The notes: a model not told the origin generated them from the sequence alone. A stretch of 64,000 bases of DNA from Candidatus Poribacteria bacterium (GCA_028820655.1 JAPPIK010000014.1:271079-335078); one strand, 5' to 3'. Shown: positions 51,928 through 61,997, counted from the stretch's first letter. Numbers and translations: made by a program.

Positions 51928-53553
51928 GTGCTAGTAATGTTAAAAACTTTTGTCCGTTCTTGTATTGTTTTCACGTTTTTGGCTATTGGGTGCTTGTCCG
52001 CATTCGGTCACGGCGACGTTCTCCCTCTGTTGGAGGATGTCAACAATGACGGCGTCGTGAACATCTTGGACCTCGTCATTGTGGCAAACGCCTTGGGGCA
52101 GCCCGTGGATCGGGATATGGAGCAGAATCCGGATGTCAATCGCGATGGCGTCACTAACATCTTGGATCTCGTTCGAGTTGCCAACCGATTAGGCGAACGC
52201 GCGGCAGTTGACAACTCAACCTATCACGATTTTCAGGACTACATTTTCAACAAGAGTTGTACCGCAAGCTACTGTCACGCAGCTCCGACTAACGCCGGAA
52301 ATTTAAACCTCACAAGCGGTGTTTCATACGAAGATTTGGTTGGCCGCGTGCCGCAAAACCTTGCGGCGGCGTCTGCCGGGATGAAGCGCGTTGATCCGGG
52401 CAATCCAGACAATAGTTTTCTGTTGACGAAGCTCGTAGGTCCGTCCACTCCGGCAGAAGGAGGCCGCATGCCCTTGGGGGCGGGACCGCTCCATAGCGGA
52501 AAGATAGATGCCATTCGAAAATGGATTGCCGCGGGAGCACCTCGGAATGAAAAACTAACCGGCATCGGCGATCTAAGCCTGTTACGCGACCCGCTTGAAT
52601 CCTTTGAACCGCTCCCGCCGCCGCCGCCCGGAGAAGGTTATCAGCTTCATATGCCGGCTTTTAGAATTGAACCCGGTACGGAGCGGGAAGTCTTCTACGA
52701 TATGCAGATCACAGACGCAGCGGGACAGCCGTTGCAGGAGGATATCTTCGTCAACAAGTACGAGATCGCGTATCCGACCGGCAGTCATCACTTCATCCTG
52801 TATCGGTTGACTGAAAAGGCGTTGGAAGATGACCTACGTAATGTCGGAGTGACACCGGGAGTCGGGGTGAATACGCAAGATAAGTTCCGAGTGTTGGATC
52901 CTGCGAATCCGCAAGCGCTCGGAAATTTTGGCAAGCACCGCGTCTACAACACGGGCACCCAAACCGGCGAAAAGACGGTTTTTCAATTTCCCCAAGGCGT
53001 GGCTCTGCGGCTTGCGGGAGACACAATTTACGACCTGAACGCACATTTCGTGAATCTGTTGGGCACGGAAGCGATCGAGGGAGAGGTTTACGTCAATTTC
53101 TACACCATCCCTCCGGAAGCGGTTGAGCATGAAGCAGTGGAACTTTTCTCCGCCAATACCGACATTTTTGTTCCGCCGGGAACAACGCGTGTGGCAAAGA
53201 GGGACGAGACCGTGAGGGAGGAGATTGAACGCCGCGGTAACGATCCGAACACCGTGTTGAATCTCCTTATGATTACGTCTCATATGCACCGACACGGCGA
53301 ATTGTTTGAGATTTTTCAGATGTCAACGGGGAGTTTGCTCCATCGAAGTCTGGCTTACGACGATGCGCCCATCACGGTGTTCGACCCGCCGTTGGTTCTC
53401 GGCGCGGACGACGGCATCACCTACGAATGCACACATAATAATTATGATCGGGATGTTCCACTTACTTTCGGATTTACGTCCGAGGATGAGATGGCAATAA
53501 TTATGGGGTATTACTATCCCACAACCGAGAGTGTGGATACCTCAAGTGAGTGA
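51928..53553 (+). CDS. Secreted multidomain protein: signal peptide + 2 dockerin-type Ca-binding repeats + Planctomycete-cytochrome-C-like (PSCyt1-like) domain with Cx4CH + PHM/DBH-like type-2 copper monooxygenase domain
   Basis: Repeats 'DVNNDGVVNILDLV' / 'DVNRDGVTNILDLV'; 'IFNKSCTASYCH...GNPDNSFLLTKLVG...MPLGAGPL...IRKWIAAGAP'; Cu sites 'GSHHF'...'NAHF' and 'HMHRHG' ... 'SEDEMAIIMGYYYP'; start GTG 51928 or ATG 51937. Confidence 0.55.
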   Translation: MLVMLKTFVRSCIVFTFLAIGCLSAFGHGDVLPLLEDVNNDGVVNILDLVIVANALGQPVDRDMEQNPDVNRDGVTNILDLVRVANRLGERAAVDNSTYHDFQDYIFNKSCTASYCHAAPTNAGNLNLTSGVSYEDLVGRVPQNLAAASAGMKRVDPGNPDNSFLLTKLVGPSTPAEGGRMPLGAGPLHSGKIDAIRKWIAAGAPRNEKLTGIGDLSLLRDPLESFEPLPPPPPGEGYQLHMPAFRIEPGTEREVFYDMQITDAAGQPLQEDIFVNKYEIAYPTGSHHFILYRLTEKALEDDLRNVGVTPGVGVNTQDKFRVLDPANPQALGNFGKHRVYNTGTQTGEKTVFQFPQGVALRLAGDTIYDLNAHFVNLLGTEAIEGEVYVNFYTIPPEAVEHEAVELFSANTDIFVPPGTTRVAKRDETVREEIERRGNDPNTVLNLLMITSHMHRHGELFEIFQMSTGSLLHRSLAYDDAPITVFDPPLVLGADDGITYECTHNNYDRDVPLTFGFTSEDEMAIIMGYYYPTTESVDTSSE

Positions 53554-53644
53554 AAGAAAAATTCGGAAAGTTGCAATCTAAACGGTTGTGAAACTATTCT
53601 TAACGATTGATGTGCCAAGTAATTTAGTCAAAGGAGGACAACCA

Positions 53645-54466
53645 ATGGTACTTGGACCAAGAGGGACAATTCTCGTCATTCTGATGGCGTTGATAGCTTT
53701 GAGCGGGTGTGAGCAAGGCACCAATATCTTGGCGGACGCGCTGTCGCCCGAGGATCCGGAAATAGAGGCGACGCCGATTGAGGAAATATCGATGGAGGAC
53801 CCTCCATCCGAACCCATTATGGAAACTGTAGACGCGGAGTCTGTACCGGTCAAAATGGTGTGGTTAGTCGACTATCCGCTAGGCGGAAAGGAGGAGTATG
53901 TTGCATGGATCGCGTCCGTAGCGCCAATGCTGCTAGCTCCGGAAGAGCTTAATCGGGCGGCGTCTTACGACAACGTTGACGGATCCAATCCGCACCGCCT
54001 TGTCGAGTTCGAATTTGACAGTTTTGCCGATCTCGCGCACTATCTGAACCGTCCCGAAATTGCTGCGGTCTCTGCCGATATGCCGAATCACACCAGTAGC
54101 GCGAGTACGCACATATTTATCCAGCGCGGCGATTATTCGAAAAACGAGAGCACGAGCCGTAAGGTTAAAACCGTTTACTTAGTTGACTATCCGCTTGGAG
54201 GAAAAACTGAGTACCTGGAATGGATTGCCGCTATAGCGCCGATGCTGCAAGCCCCCGAAGAGGTAAAGCGGATAGCATCTTACGACAACTATTATGGCGT
54301 AACTCCACACCGGTATGTCGAGTTTGAGTTCGATAGCTATGAAGAAGCGAATACGTACCAAGAACTCCCGTACGTGCAGCAGCATGTTAATGCGGAGTTG
54401 CCTAATCGAACCAGCCGCACGTCTGTCCTGACCTTTGAGTTGCGATCCGATTACGTCAACGAATAG
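53645..54466 (+). CDS. Lipoprotein with two tandem ~100-aa repeats (dimeric alpha/beta-barrel, ABM/Dabb-like by pattern)
   Basis: aggagga RBS, lipobox 'ALSGC'; repeat 1 'VKMVWLVDYPLGGKEEYVAWIASVAPML..PEE..RAASYDN...PHRLVEFEFDS', repeat 2 'VKTVYLVDYPLGGKTEYLEWIAAIAPML..PEE..RIASYDN...PHRYVEFEFDS'. Confidence 0.5.
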   Translation: MVLGPRGTILVILMALIALSGCEQGTNILADALSPEDPEIEATPIEEISMEDPPSEPIMETVDAESVPVKMVWLVDYPLGGKEEYVAWIASVAPMLLAPEELNRAASYDNVDGSNPHRLVEFEFDSFADLAHYLNRPEIAAVSADMPNHTSSASTHIFIQRGDYSKNESTSRKVKTVYLVDYPLGGKTEYLEWIAAIAPMLQAPEEVKRIASYDNYYGVTPHRYVEFEFDSYEEANTYQELPYVQQHVNAELPNRTSRTSVLTFELRSDYVNE

Positions 54467-54581
54467 TCGAGGGCGTTGTCGTTACGCCGTAGGCATTAAC
54501 TAGGAAGAGATGCTGGAAGCGGATGATCGGGCTAGTGTTTACAGCGCGAGTAGGAGGAGACTTTTGAGCACATCGAAGCCG

Positions 54582-54950
54582 ATGGTCATCAATCAGTCGG
54601 AGCAGTCTTGGGAGGGCTGGGATGATGCCGAACTCGCGGACAAAAGTGCGATTCGCTGGAAAATCCTTATATCCGGCGAACGCGGATTAGTCACCGGTAT
54701 AGCGGAGTTTCCGGTCGGCACTCGACTTCCCCTTCACCACCACGAACCCCCGGAGACCTATTACATCGTCAGCGGGAAGGGAACCATGGAGATGGACGGT
54801 CACAAAACAGACATCGGACCTGGATCGGCGGTCTACATCCCGTCCAATGCGAAACACGCTGTATGGTGCACGGGAAATGAACCATTAGTATTCGTATTTT
54901 CCTTCGCGAGTGATCGATTCGACCAGATAGTCTATCACTTTGACGAATAA
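54582..54950 (+). CDS. Cupin domain protein (RmlC-like cupin)
   Basis: Cupin motifs 'G.RLPLHHHEPPETYYIVSGKG' and 'G..VYIPSNAKHAV'; alternative TTG start 54564 after aggagg. Confidence 0.7.
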   Translation: MVINQSEQSWEGWDDAELADKSAIRWKILISGERGLVTGIAEFPVGTRLPLHHHEPPETYYIVSGKGTMEMDGHKTDIGPGSAVYIPSNAKHAVWCTGNEPLVFVFSFASDRFDQIVYHFDE

Positions 54951-54984
54951 GCGATTCGCGGAGGGGGCGCCAAAAAATCAACAC

Positions 54985-55293
54985 ATGCTTTACGATGTTG
55001 ACAAACAGATTCAAGAGGCAATCGATCGGGGAGACTTTAAGGATCTGCGCGGAAAGGGAAAGCGGCAGGAGTTAGAAGAGAACGCTTATGTTCCGCGCGA
55101 AACTCGGATTGTTAACCAGATGCTTAAAGAAAACGGATTTGCGCCGCGTTGGATAGAGGTAGACAAAGAAATCCGTGCCGAGCGTGAACAATCCGGAAAG
55201 CTGCTGCGGAATATCAAACGGCGGCGCCGACATTTAGAAGCAGCGATTCACGCCCAACCACTCGACATCGACAGGGTACGTCGAGTTTTTTAA
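54985..55293 (+). CDS. DUF1992 (DnaJ-homolog-subfamily-C28-like) protein
   Basis: 'IQEAIDRGDFKDLRGKGKRQELEENAYVP...IVNQMLKENGFAPRWIE' matches DUF1992 pattern; alternative TTG start 54940. Confidence 0.5.
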   Translation: MLYDVDKQIQEAIDRGDFKDLRGKGKRQELEENAYVPRETRIVNQMLKENGFAPRWIEVDKEIRAEREQSGKLLRNIKRRRRHLEAAIHAQPLDIDRVRRVF

Positions 55294-55391
55294 CTTGAAC
55301 GTGCGCGGGCGCTAGCGGCATACGTAAGCCAACTGAAGAGGATTAATCAAAAGATTCTCAGATATAATCTTACAGCGCCAGGGCGCGGTAG

Positions 55392-56927
<1,536 letters not shown>

Positions 56928-57001
56928 GTTGCATGTAAAAGCGATGGTCGGTCTCCAGCATCGACCACTCAACATTGGATCCCTATTTTACGTGAATAGC
57001 C

Positions 57002-57409
57002 ATGCTTGAAAGAAGATTTCACCTCGAAATCCGAACACCGCAGAAACTCATATATGATGGCGACGTAAGCAGCGTCAAAGCGCCCGGGGAACTGGGCTCA
57101 TTTGAAATCCTTCCCGGTCACATTCCTTTTTTGACGGTTTTGGAAACGGGCGAGATTCGCATCCGAGAGACTGATACACCCCAGTCACTCGCGGTCAGCG
57201 GCGGGGTTTTCGAGGTATTGCGAACAGGGGTTACGGTATTGTCCGACACGGCGGAATGGGCGCATGAAATTGATGTTGAACGGGCAGAGACAGCTCTTCA
57301 ACGCGCTCAAGAGCATCTGGCTTCGGGAGATTCGGGGATCAACCGAGGACGCGCGGAAGCCGCATTGGAGCGCGCCAAGAATCGGGTAAAGGTCGCCAAT
57401 TCCTCGTAA
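57002..57409 (+). CDS. atpC: F0F1 ATP synthase subunit epsilon
   Basis: 'SVKAPGELGSFEILPGHIPFLT.L..GE' beta-sandwich signature and C-terminal helical hairpin. Confidence 0.9.
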   Translation: MLERRFHLEIRTPQKLIYDGDVSSVKAPGELGSFEILPGHIPFLTVLETGEIRIRETDTPQSLAVSGGVFEVLRTGVTVLSDTAEWAHEIDVERAETALQRAQEHLASGDSGINRGRAEAALERAKNRVKVANSS

Positions 57410-57527
57410 ACACTGCGCTGCGAACTATCGTAACCTGCGTATTCCGACTTTGGGCGGCCGCCATGTATATGTAGAGTGGCATCGCCCCACTATCACTGCT
57501 TTATCCCGTCACGCATTACGCATTGTC

Positions 57528-58280
57528 TCACACCATCCGCCGGTAGTGCTTCGTTAATTCCTCCAAATTATCCTCATCATCCGTGCTGTTCCCATTAGAC
57601 GACACCTCCATCTGGCGTTCAAAGAATTCTTTTGTGGTGCGATAGATTTCCCGCAAATCCGATCGGCTGGGACGATGACCCGAAAGATGGATCATGTCGC
57701 ACGTCCGAAGAATTTCCCCAACATGATCCGCCACCGAGCTTGTTAGATCGTGCGGAAGCGATCCCAAGATCTCCCCGGTTGTGGCGTCGAGCGTCTTAAC
57801 ACCGTATTTCTGCTCAACATAGCGCTTCACGATTGAGGAGATTCTGTTGTAATACTCGTGGAACTCTCTATGAGAATGATGAGAGGCAATTTGATTCAAC
57901 TCGCGAAGCGACAAGGCTTCTGGCGTATCCCCTTGGGCGGCTGAGGGAGTTGGCGGCCCCCTTTCCGTCTCTAGTTGTGAAGCCTGCGGCGGTGCCGCCG
58001 ATCTTCTTGGATTGGTGGGCACACCACTCGGGAGGTTAAACCGGGGCATGCGGCGGACACCGTGGGAGGGTCGGTTGCGCCTCTTTCCGATCCATGAGTA
58101 TATTCCCACGCCAATAGCGGCGAAAACCGCCATCCACACAACGACCCAAACGACTGCGGAGAGTAACCCGGACGAACGCACGTCGGGATCTGTCTCTTGG
58201 GCAAACAACCCCGCGTTTCCGGATATCAGAAGTATGAGCAATATTAAGCCGCAAGGGGCAAGCCTCGTTAATCGTTGCAC
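57528..58280 (-). CDS. Hypothetical bitopic membrane protein (signal peptide, one TM, ~170-aa cytoplasmic domain), co-oriented and overlapping with the sigma-54 activator
   Basis: N-terminal 'LILLILLISGNAGLFAQ' then TM 'LLSAVVWVVVWMAVFAAIGVGIYSWI'; 13-nt overlap with upstream regulator. Confidence 0.45.
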   Translation of the reverse strand: MQRLTRLAPCGLILLILLISGNAGLFAQETDPDVRSSGLLSAVVWVVVWMAVFAAIGVGIYSWIGKRRNRPSHGVRRMPRFNLPSGVPTNPRRSAAPPQASQLETERGPPTPSAAQGDTPEALSLRELNQIASHHSHREFHEYYNRISSIVKRYVEQKYGVKTLDATTGEILGSLPHDLTSSVADHVGEILRTCDMIHLSGHRPSRSDLREIYRTTKEFFERQMEVSSNGNSTDDEDNLEELTKHYRRMV

Positions 58281-59695
58281 AAGTCGTATTCCTTGATTTT
58301 CCTAAAGATGGTTCTCTTGTTGACGCCCAATATATTGGCTGCCTTGGCTCGGTTGTTTCCGACGTAGTCGAGTGTTGCTCGTATGGCTTCCTCTTTGATT
58401 TCCTCCATCGACATTCCGACTTCAACATTCAAACGGCGGTCGGAAGCCACAGCCGGATCTGCATTCACTGCTGTCGGCGCAGAGACGACAATGGGGGTGC
58501 CGATTCCCGTGAACTTGAGAACGCGCTCCGGAAGATCCGCCAAACCCAACTCGCGGCTGTTCGACATCACGACCATGCCTTCGATACAGTTTCTGAGGTC
58601 GCGCACGTTCCCGGGCCAATCGAATTTCATGAGTGCTCTTAACGCATCCGGGGAGATGAATTTGGACGCTTTGCGGTTCTCTTGGCAGAATTCCTCGATG
58701 AAGGTCTTGACCAGAAGCGGTATATCTCCTTTCCGCTCGCGAAGAGGCGGCAAATATATCGAAATCACATCAAGGCGATCGTACAGATCCGCCATAAATT
58801 TGCCCTCTTCGACCGCTTTCTCCAGATCTCGATTTGTTGCGCAGACGACCCGGACGTCCACCTTTACAACCTCATTACCGCCGACGCGGTGAAATTCCCT
58901 TTCTGCCAACACCCTCAGCAGCCTAGCCTGGTTCGGCAAACTCAACTCGCCGATTTCATCAAGCAGCAGTGTGCCGCCGTTAGCCGATTCAAATTTTCCT
59001 TTTCGTTGCTGATCGGCGCCGGTGAATGCACCCCGTTCATATCCAAAGAGTTCCGATTCTGCAAGACTCTCGCTCAGCGCGGCGCAATTGAAGACGACAA
59101 GCGGGCCTCTGCGTAAACTTCGATAATGGATGGCGCGGGCGACTAACTCTTTTCCGGTGCCGCGTTCACCGCGAATCATCACGGTCGATTTCGTCGGAGC
59201 GACCTGAGCAATGATCTCCCGGACCTCCTGGATGTGCTGGGAGTGGCCGGTAAGACGGAGCAAGCCCTCTCTTTCATCAATCTGGGACTGTAATTGACGG
59301 TTTTCTGCGGTAAGGCGCTGATTTTCAAGTATTTTGTGTAGAAGCGCCTTCAAATGGATGGGATTCGGGGGCTTCGGCAAAAAGTAGCTTGCTTCATGAT
59401 GGAGCATCGCCTTTATGCCTACATCTGTTTGCAGGACATCATGAGTGGTCATGAATACCACGCCGACGTCGGGATACTTTTGCCGAGCGGCTTCCATCAG
59501 TTGCAACCCGTCAAGCCGGTCTGCCTTTAGCGGCGCAACCAGAATGTCAATCCCTAGCCGATCCACCCGATCAAGCGCTTCATACATGTTCCGAGTGACG
59601 ACAAGACGCAATCCTTCACCTTCAAGCGCGCGGCATACGGTTTCACGCTCCCTTTGATCCGGATTGACGACGAGGACGGTTTTCTGTTGGCTCAT
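58268..59695 (-). CDS. Sigma-54-dependent Fis-family transcriptional activator with degenerate (non-phosphorylatable) receiver domain
   Basis: AAA+ Walker A 'GERGTGKE', 'GAFTGA' sigma-54 contact motif, C-terminal Fis-type HTH; receiver has 'VVNPDQ' and 'ILVAPLKADRLDG' in place of DDD / phospho-Asp. Confidence 0.85.
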   Translation of the reverse strand: MSQQKTVLVVNPDQRERETVCRALEGEGLRLVVTRNMYEALDRVDRLGIDILVAPLKADRLDGLQLMEAARQKYPDVGVVFMTTHDVLQTDVGIKAMLHHEASYFLPKPPNPIHLKALLHKILENQRLTAENRQLQSQIDEREGLLRLTGHSQHIQEVREIIAQVAPTKSTVMIRGERGTGKELVARAIHYRSLRRGPLVVFNCAALSESLAESELFGYERGAFTGADQQRKGKFESANGGTLLLDEIGELSLPNQARLLRVLAEREFHRVGGNEVVKVDVRVVCATNRDLEKAVEEGKFMADLYDRLDVISIYLPPLRERKGDIPLLVKTFIEEFCQENRKASKFISPDALRALMKFDWPGNVRDLRNCIEGMVVMSNSRELGLADLPERVLKFTGIGTPIVVSAPTAVNADPAVASDRRLNVEVGMSMEEIKEEAIRATLDYVGNNRAKAANILGVNKRTIFRKIKEYDLCND

Positions 59696-59863
59696 TGTTT
59701 TCACCCAATTGCGTTGGGAAATTCGAACATGAGTCAGAATGTAACCCCAAATAATACCGTATTCATACAATTTCGTCAAGCGGAATGAAAGCGTCTTCTA
59801 TCTCGATTTTGTTCAAAGGACCAGTGGCTAAGGCTAGGGAATTGAGGGATGATTGCGGAAGGG

Positions 59864-60067
59864 TGGAAGATTGGAAGGCTGGAAGGGGTGTAGGAGTCGT
59901 TGTCTGAATCACGGATTACACGGATTAAAGACGTCGCACTGACGCTTATTTGCGCCTTTCTAATTACCCGCAAATGGGCCTCCCTGTACCGCAAACTGTT
60001 AGTTTGCGGATATCACAATCTAACAGATTATGGTACAGAATAACGTCGTTCCCCAAAAGCATGTGTA
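59864..60067. repeat. Copy 1 of ~200-bp direct repeat containing 21-bp palindrome ccgcaaact-gtt-agtttgcgg (59989-60009), flanked by ctgtacc/ggtacag inverted pair, and tandem 'cacggatta' units
   Basis: Read directly; near-identical to 60124-60339. Confidence 0.6.
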
Positions 60068-60123
60068 GTTATTAGTTGCGATGACTATAGAACGAGAGCG
60101 CAAGTCGGAGATTGGGATTGGAA

Positions 60124-60339
60124 GTTTGGAAGGCTATAAGGGGTGTAGGAGCCGTTGTCTGAATCACGGATTACACGGATTAAAGGATTTCACGGATTAA
60201 AGACGTCGCACTGACGCTTATTTGCGCCTTTCTAATTACCCGCAAATGGGCCTCCCTGTACCGCAAACTGTTAGTTTGCGGATATCAAAATCTAACAGAT
60301 TGTGGTACAGAAGAATGTCATACCCCAAAACATGTGTAA
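60124..60339. repeat. Copy 2 of ~200-bp direct repeat (one extra 17-bp 'aggatttcacggattaa' unit, few substitutions)
   Basis: Read directly; period ~260 bp relative to copy 1. Confidence 0.6.
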
Positions 60340-60606
60340 TTGAGGTTGGACGGGAGGAAAATCGGCTGGATGCACGGGCCCTGGAGACAGAGAGTTTTCG
60401 AAAAAAGGGATATCTATGGGACGGCACGGGGACCGTCCCCTACAAGGCGGTGCGATTATTCCGTATACGCCGAGTATTTTTATCTGATATAATCCAACCC
60501 GAATTTTTAATGTTCAAAGCCTGTGGGTGATTGCCGTATCTTGGGGGCGATCACCCCTATTCCCATGCCAACGCTTTAATACCGGAATCGGTTGGGAGGA
60601 ATGAAA

Positions 60607-61779
60607 ATGGAAATCTATAGATCGCCATCGGCGGCGGACTCTGAAGAGGCAGCCAAATACTACCGTGCCACGGCATTCGCAGATTCGAAGCCGGCGCTTG
60701 CGGCGCCCGGTGCGACGCCGGAGCGTTTGGAACACTTCAAAGAGCACGGTTTCGTGATTGTCACCGACTTCGTCGGCAGCCCGTGGATTCCGATTCTGCG
60801 AGAAGCCGGCAGGCGTGTCACCGAGGCGTGTGCTCCCGAGAACGGCTACAGCAAGATTGATTGCTCCAAAGGCTACGTGCATCGGGCGGCAGAGGATGAA
60901 CCGTGGGCAATCCGAGGAATTATCCATCCGGCTTTCGGCGAGTCGAGTTTTGCCGAATTCTACGGTTCGGAAGAGTTTCTCGGCTTTGTCCGTGATTGGT
61001 GCCACGGATTGGAACCGAAAGATCTCGTCATGAGCCCGATGCTCCTCTGGTGCAATCCCAAGAAGAACGAGAATGGTCCCAGTTGGCATCGCGATACGAC
61101 ATGGTGGGGCTCCGGAGCGGGCTATTTCGCACAACGGCCGGTACAGGAAGGTCCGGAAGCCTTTTCGGAGGAGGTTGAGAGGCGGCGTTGGAAAGAGATT
61201 CAAGAGGAAAACTTGAAATCGATCGCCGAAAGAAAGGGCGTCAGTATGTTTCTTGCACTTACCGACGATGAGTGCCATGAACTGATTCCCGGAAGTCACC
61301 ACCGGTGGCGAACGCCGTTTGAGCATGATGTATTACTCCCGAAAGCCATGAAGGATCAAGGCGTCCCGTACACGCCGAGTTGGAACGGTGTCGATCCGTT
61401 GCCGAATCAGGCTGCAATTCGGTTGAAGCCCGGTGAAGCGCTCATCCGGAACGGCGCCACCATCCACACGGGGCACACCGTCCCCGACCGCGAGCGCAAC
61501 ACATTGGCAATCGGTTGGAGCAAATGGTCGGGGCCTTTCACGGAAGAACCGGCCGTGTCGGACGTGCGCAACGCATGGCAACTGGATCCCGCCGTGCGGG
61601 AGGCGTTGCCGCACGAGTGGATGAAGACGACGTGGGATCGTTGGGCGGAGACGGTGAAACTCGGGGATACGTTAGAGGACCGCTACACAGGATATGATAT
61701 CAACAACATCAAGGCTGGGCAAGTATTGGGTTGGCGCGGCGAGTTGGAGAGGCAAGCGGCGGCGGCTGGAGAGGAGTAG
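60607..61779 (+). CDS. Phytanoyl-CoA dioxygenase (PhyH) family Fe(II)/2-oxoglutarate-dependent oxygenase
   Basis: 'SWHRDTTWWG' (HxD) and 'TIHTGHT' distal His; gggagga RBS 6 nt before ATG 60607. Confidence 0.65.
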   Translation: MEIYRSPSAADSEEAAKYYRATAFADSKPALAAPGATPERLEHFKEHGFVIVTDFVGSPWIPILREAGRRVTEACAPENGYSKIDCSKGYVHRAAEDEPWAIRGIIHPAFGESSFAEFYGSEEFLGFVRDWCHGLEPKDLVMSPMLLWCNPKKNENGPSWHRDTTWWGSGAGYFAQRPVQEGPEAFSEEVERRRWKEIQEENLKSIAERKGVSMFLALTDDECHELIPGSHHRWRTPFEHDVLLPKAMKDQGVPYTPSWNGVDPLPNQAAIRLKPGEALIRNGATIHTGHTVPDRERNTLAIGWSKWSGPFTEEPAVSDVRNAWQLDPAVREALPHEWMKTTWDRWAETVKLGDTLEDRYTGYDINNIKAGQVLGWRGELERQAAAAGEE

Positions 61780-61997
61780 GAAGCCTATCGGAGGCTGGAT
61801 CAACGGCATCGCGTTAACCTGCATTAGACTAATGTTGCAGGAGGGCGAAAACGAGAAGACAAGAAAACAGGAAAACGAGATACGTGACAATCAAGATCGG
61901 TTCCGTCGTGAGTTGTAGAGAATCTCCATGATGGGCTATGGACTTTATTGGCTTTCTTGGCCTTACGCTGGAGAGGGCGGATTCCCCGTTTGGCGGC

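Noticed and set aside
58383-59116. Two + strand ORFs of 169 and 144 aa
   Set aside because: Both are antisense to the sigma-54 activator CDS. They are low-complexity Ser/Arg-rich.
59989-60009. Idea that the 21-bp palindrome in the right-edge repeats is the REP cognate of the RAYT at 25-624
   Set aside because: Its sequence differs from the hairpin adjacent to the RAYT (659-682), and the two loci are ~59 kb apart. No basis in this window to link them.
60340-60606. Search for a sigma-54 (-24 GG / -12 GC) promoter upstream of the PhyH gene
   Set aside because: No GG-N10-GC element with TGGCAC/TTGC character was found on the + strand. The closest, cGGCACGgggaCCGT at 60422, has the -12 element out of register. 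A sigma-70 extended -10 (TGaTATAAT, 60484-60492) is present instead.
60514-61326. 270-aa ORF on the - strand
   Set aside because: Antisense to the PhyH-family gene, with an Arg/Pro-rich composition typical of spurious frames.
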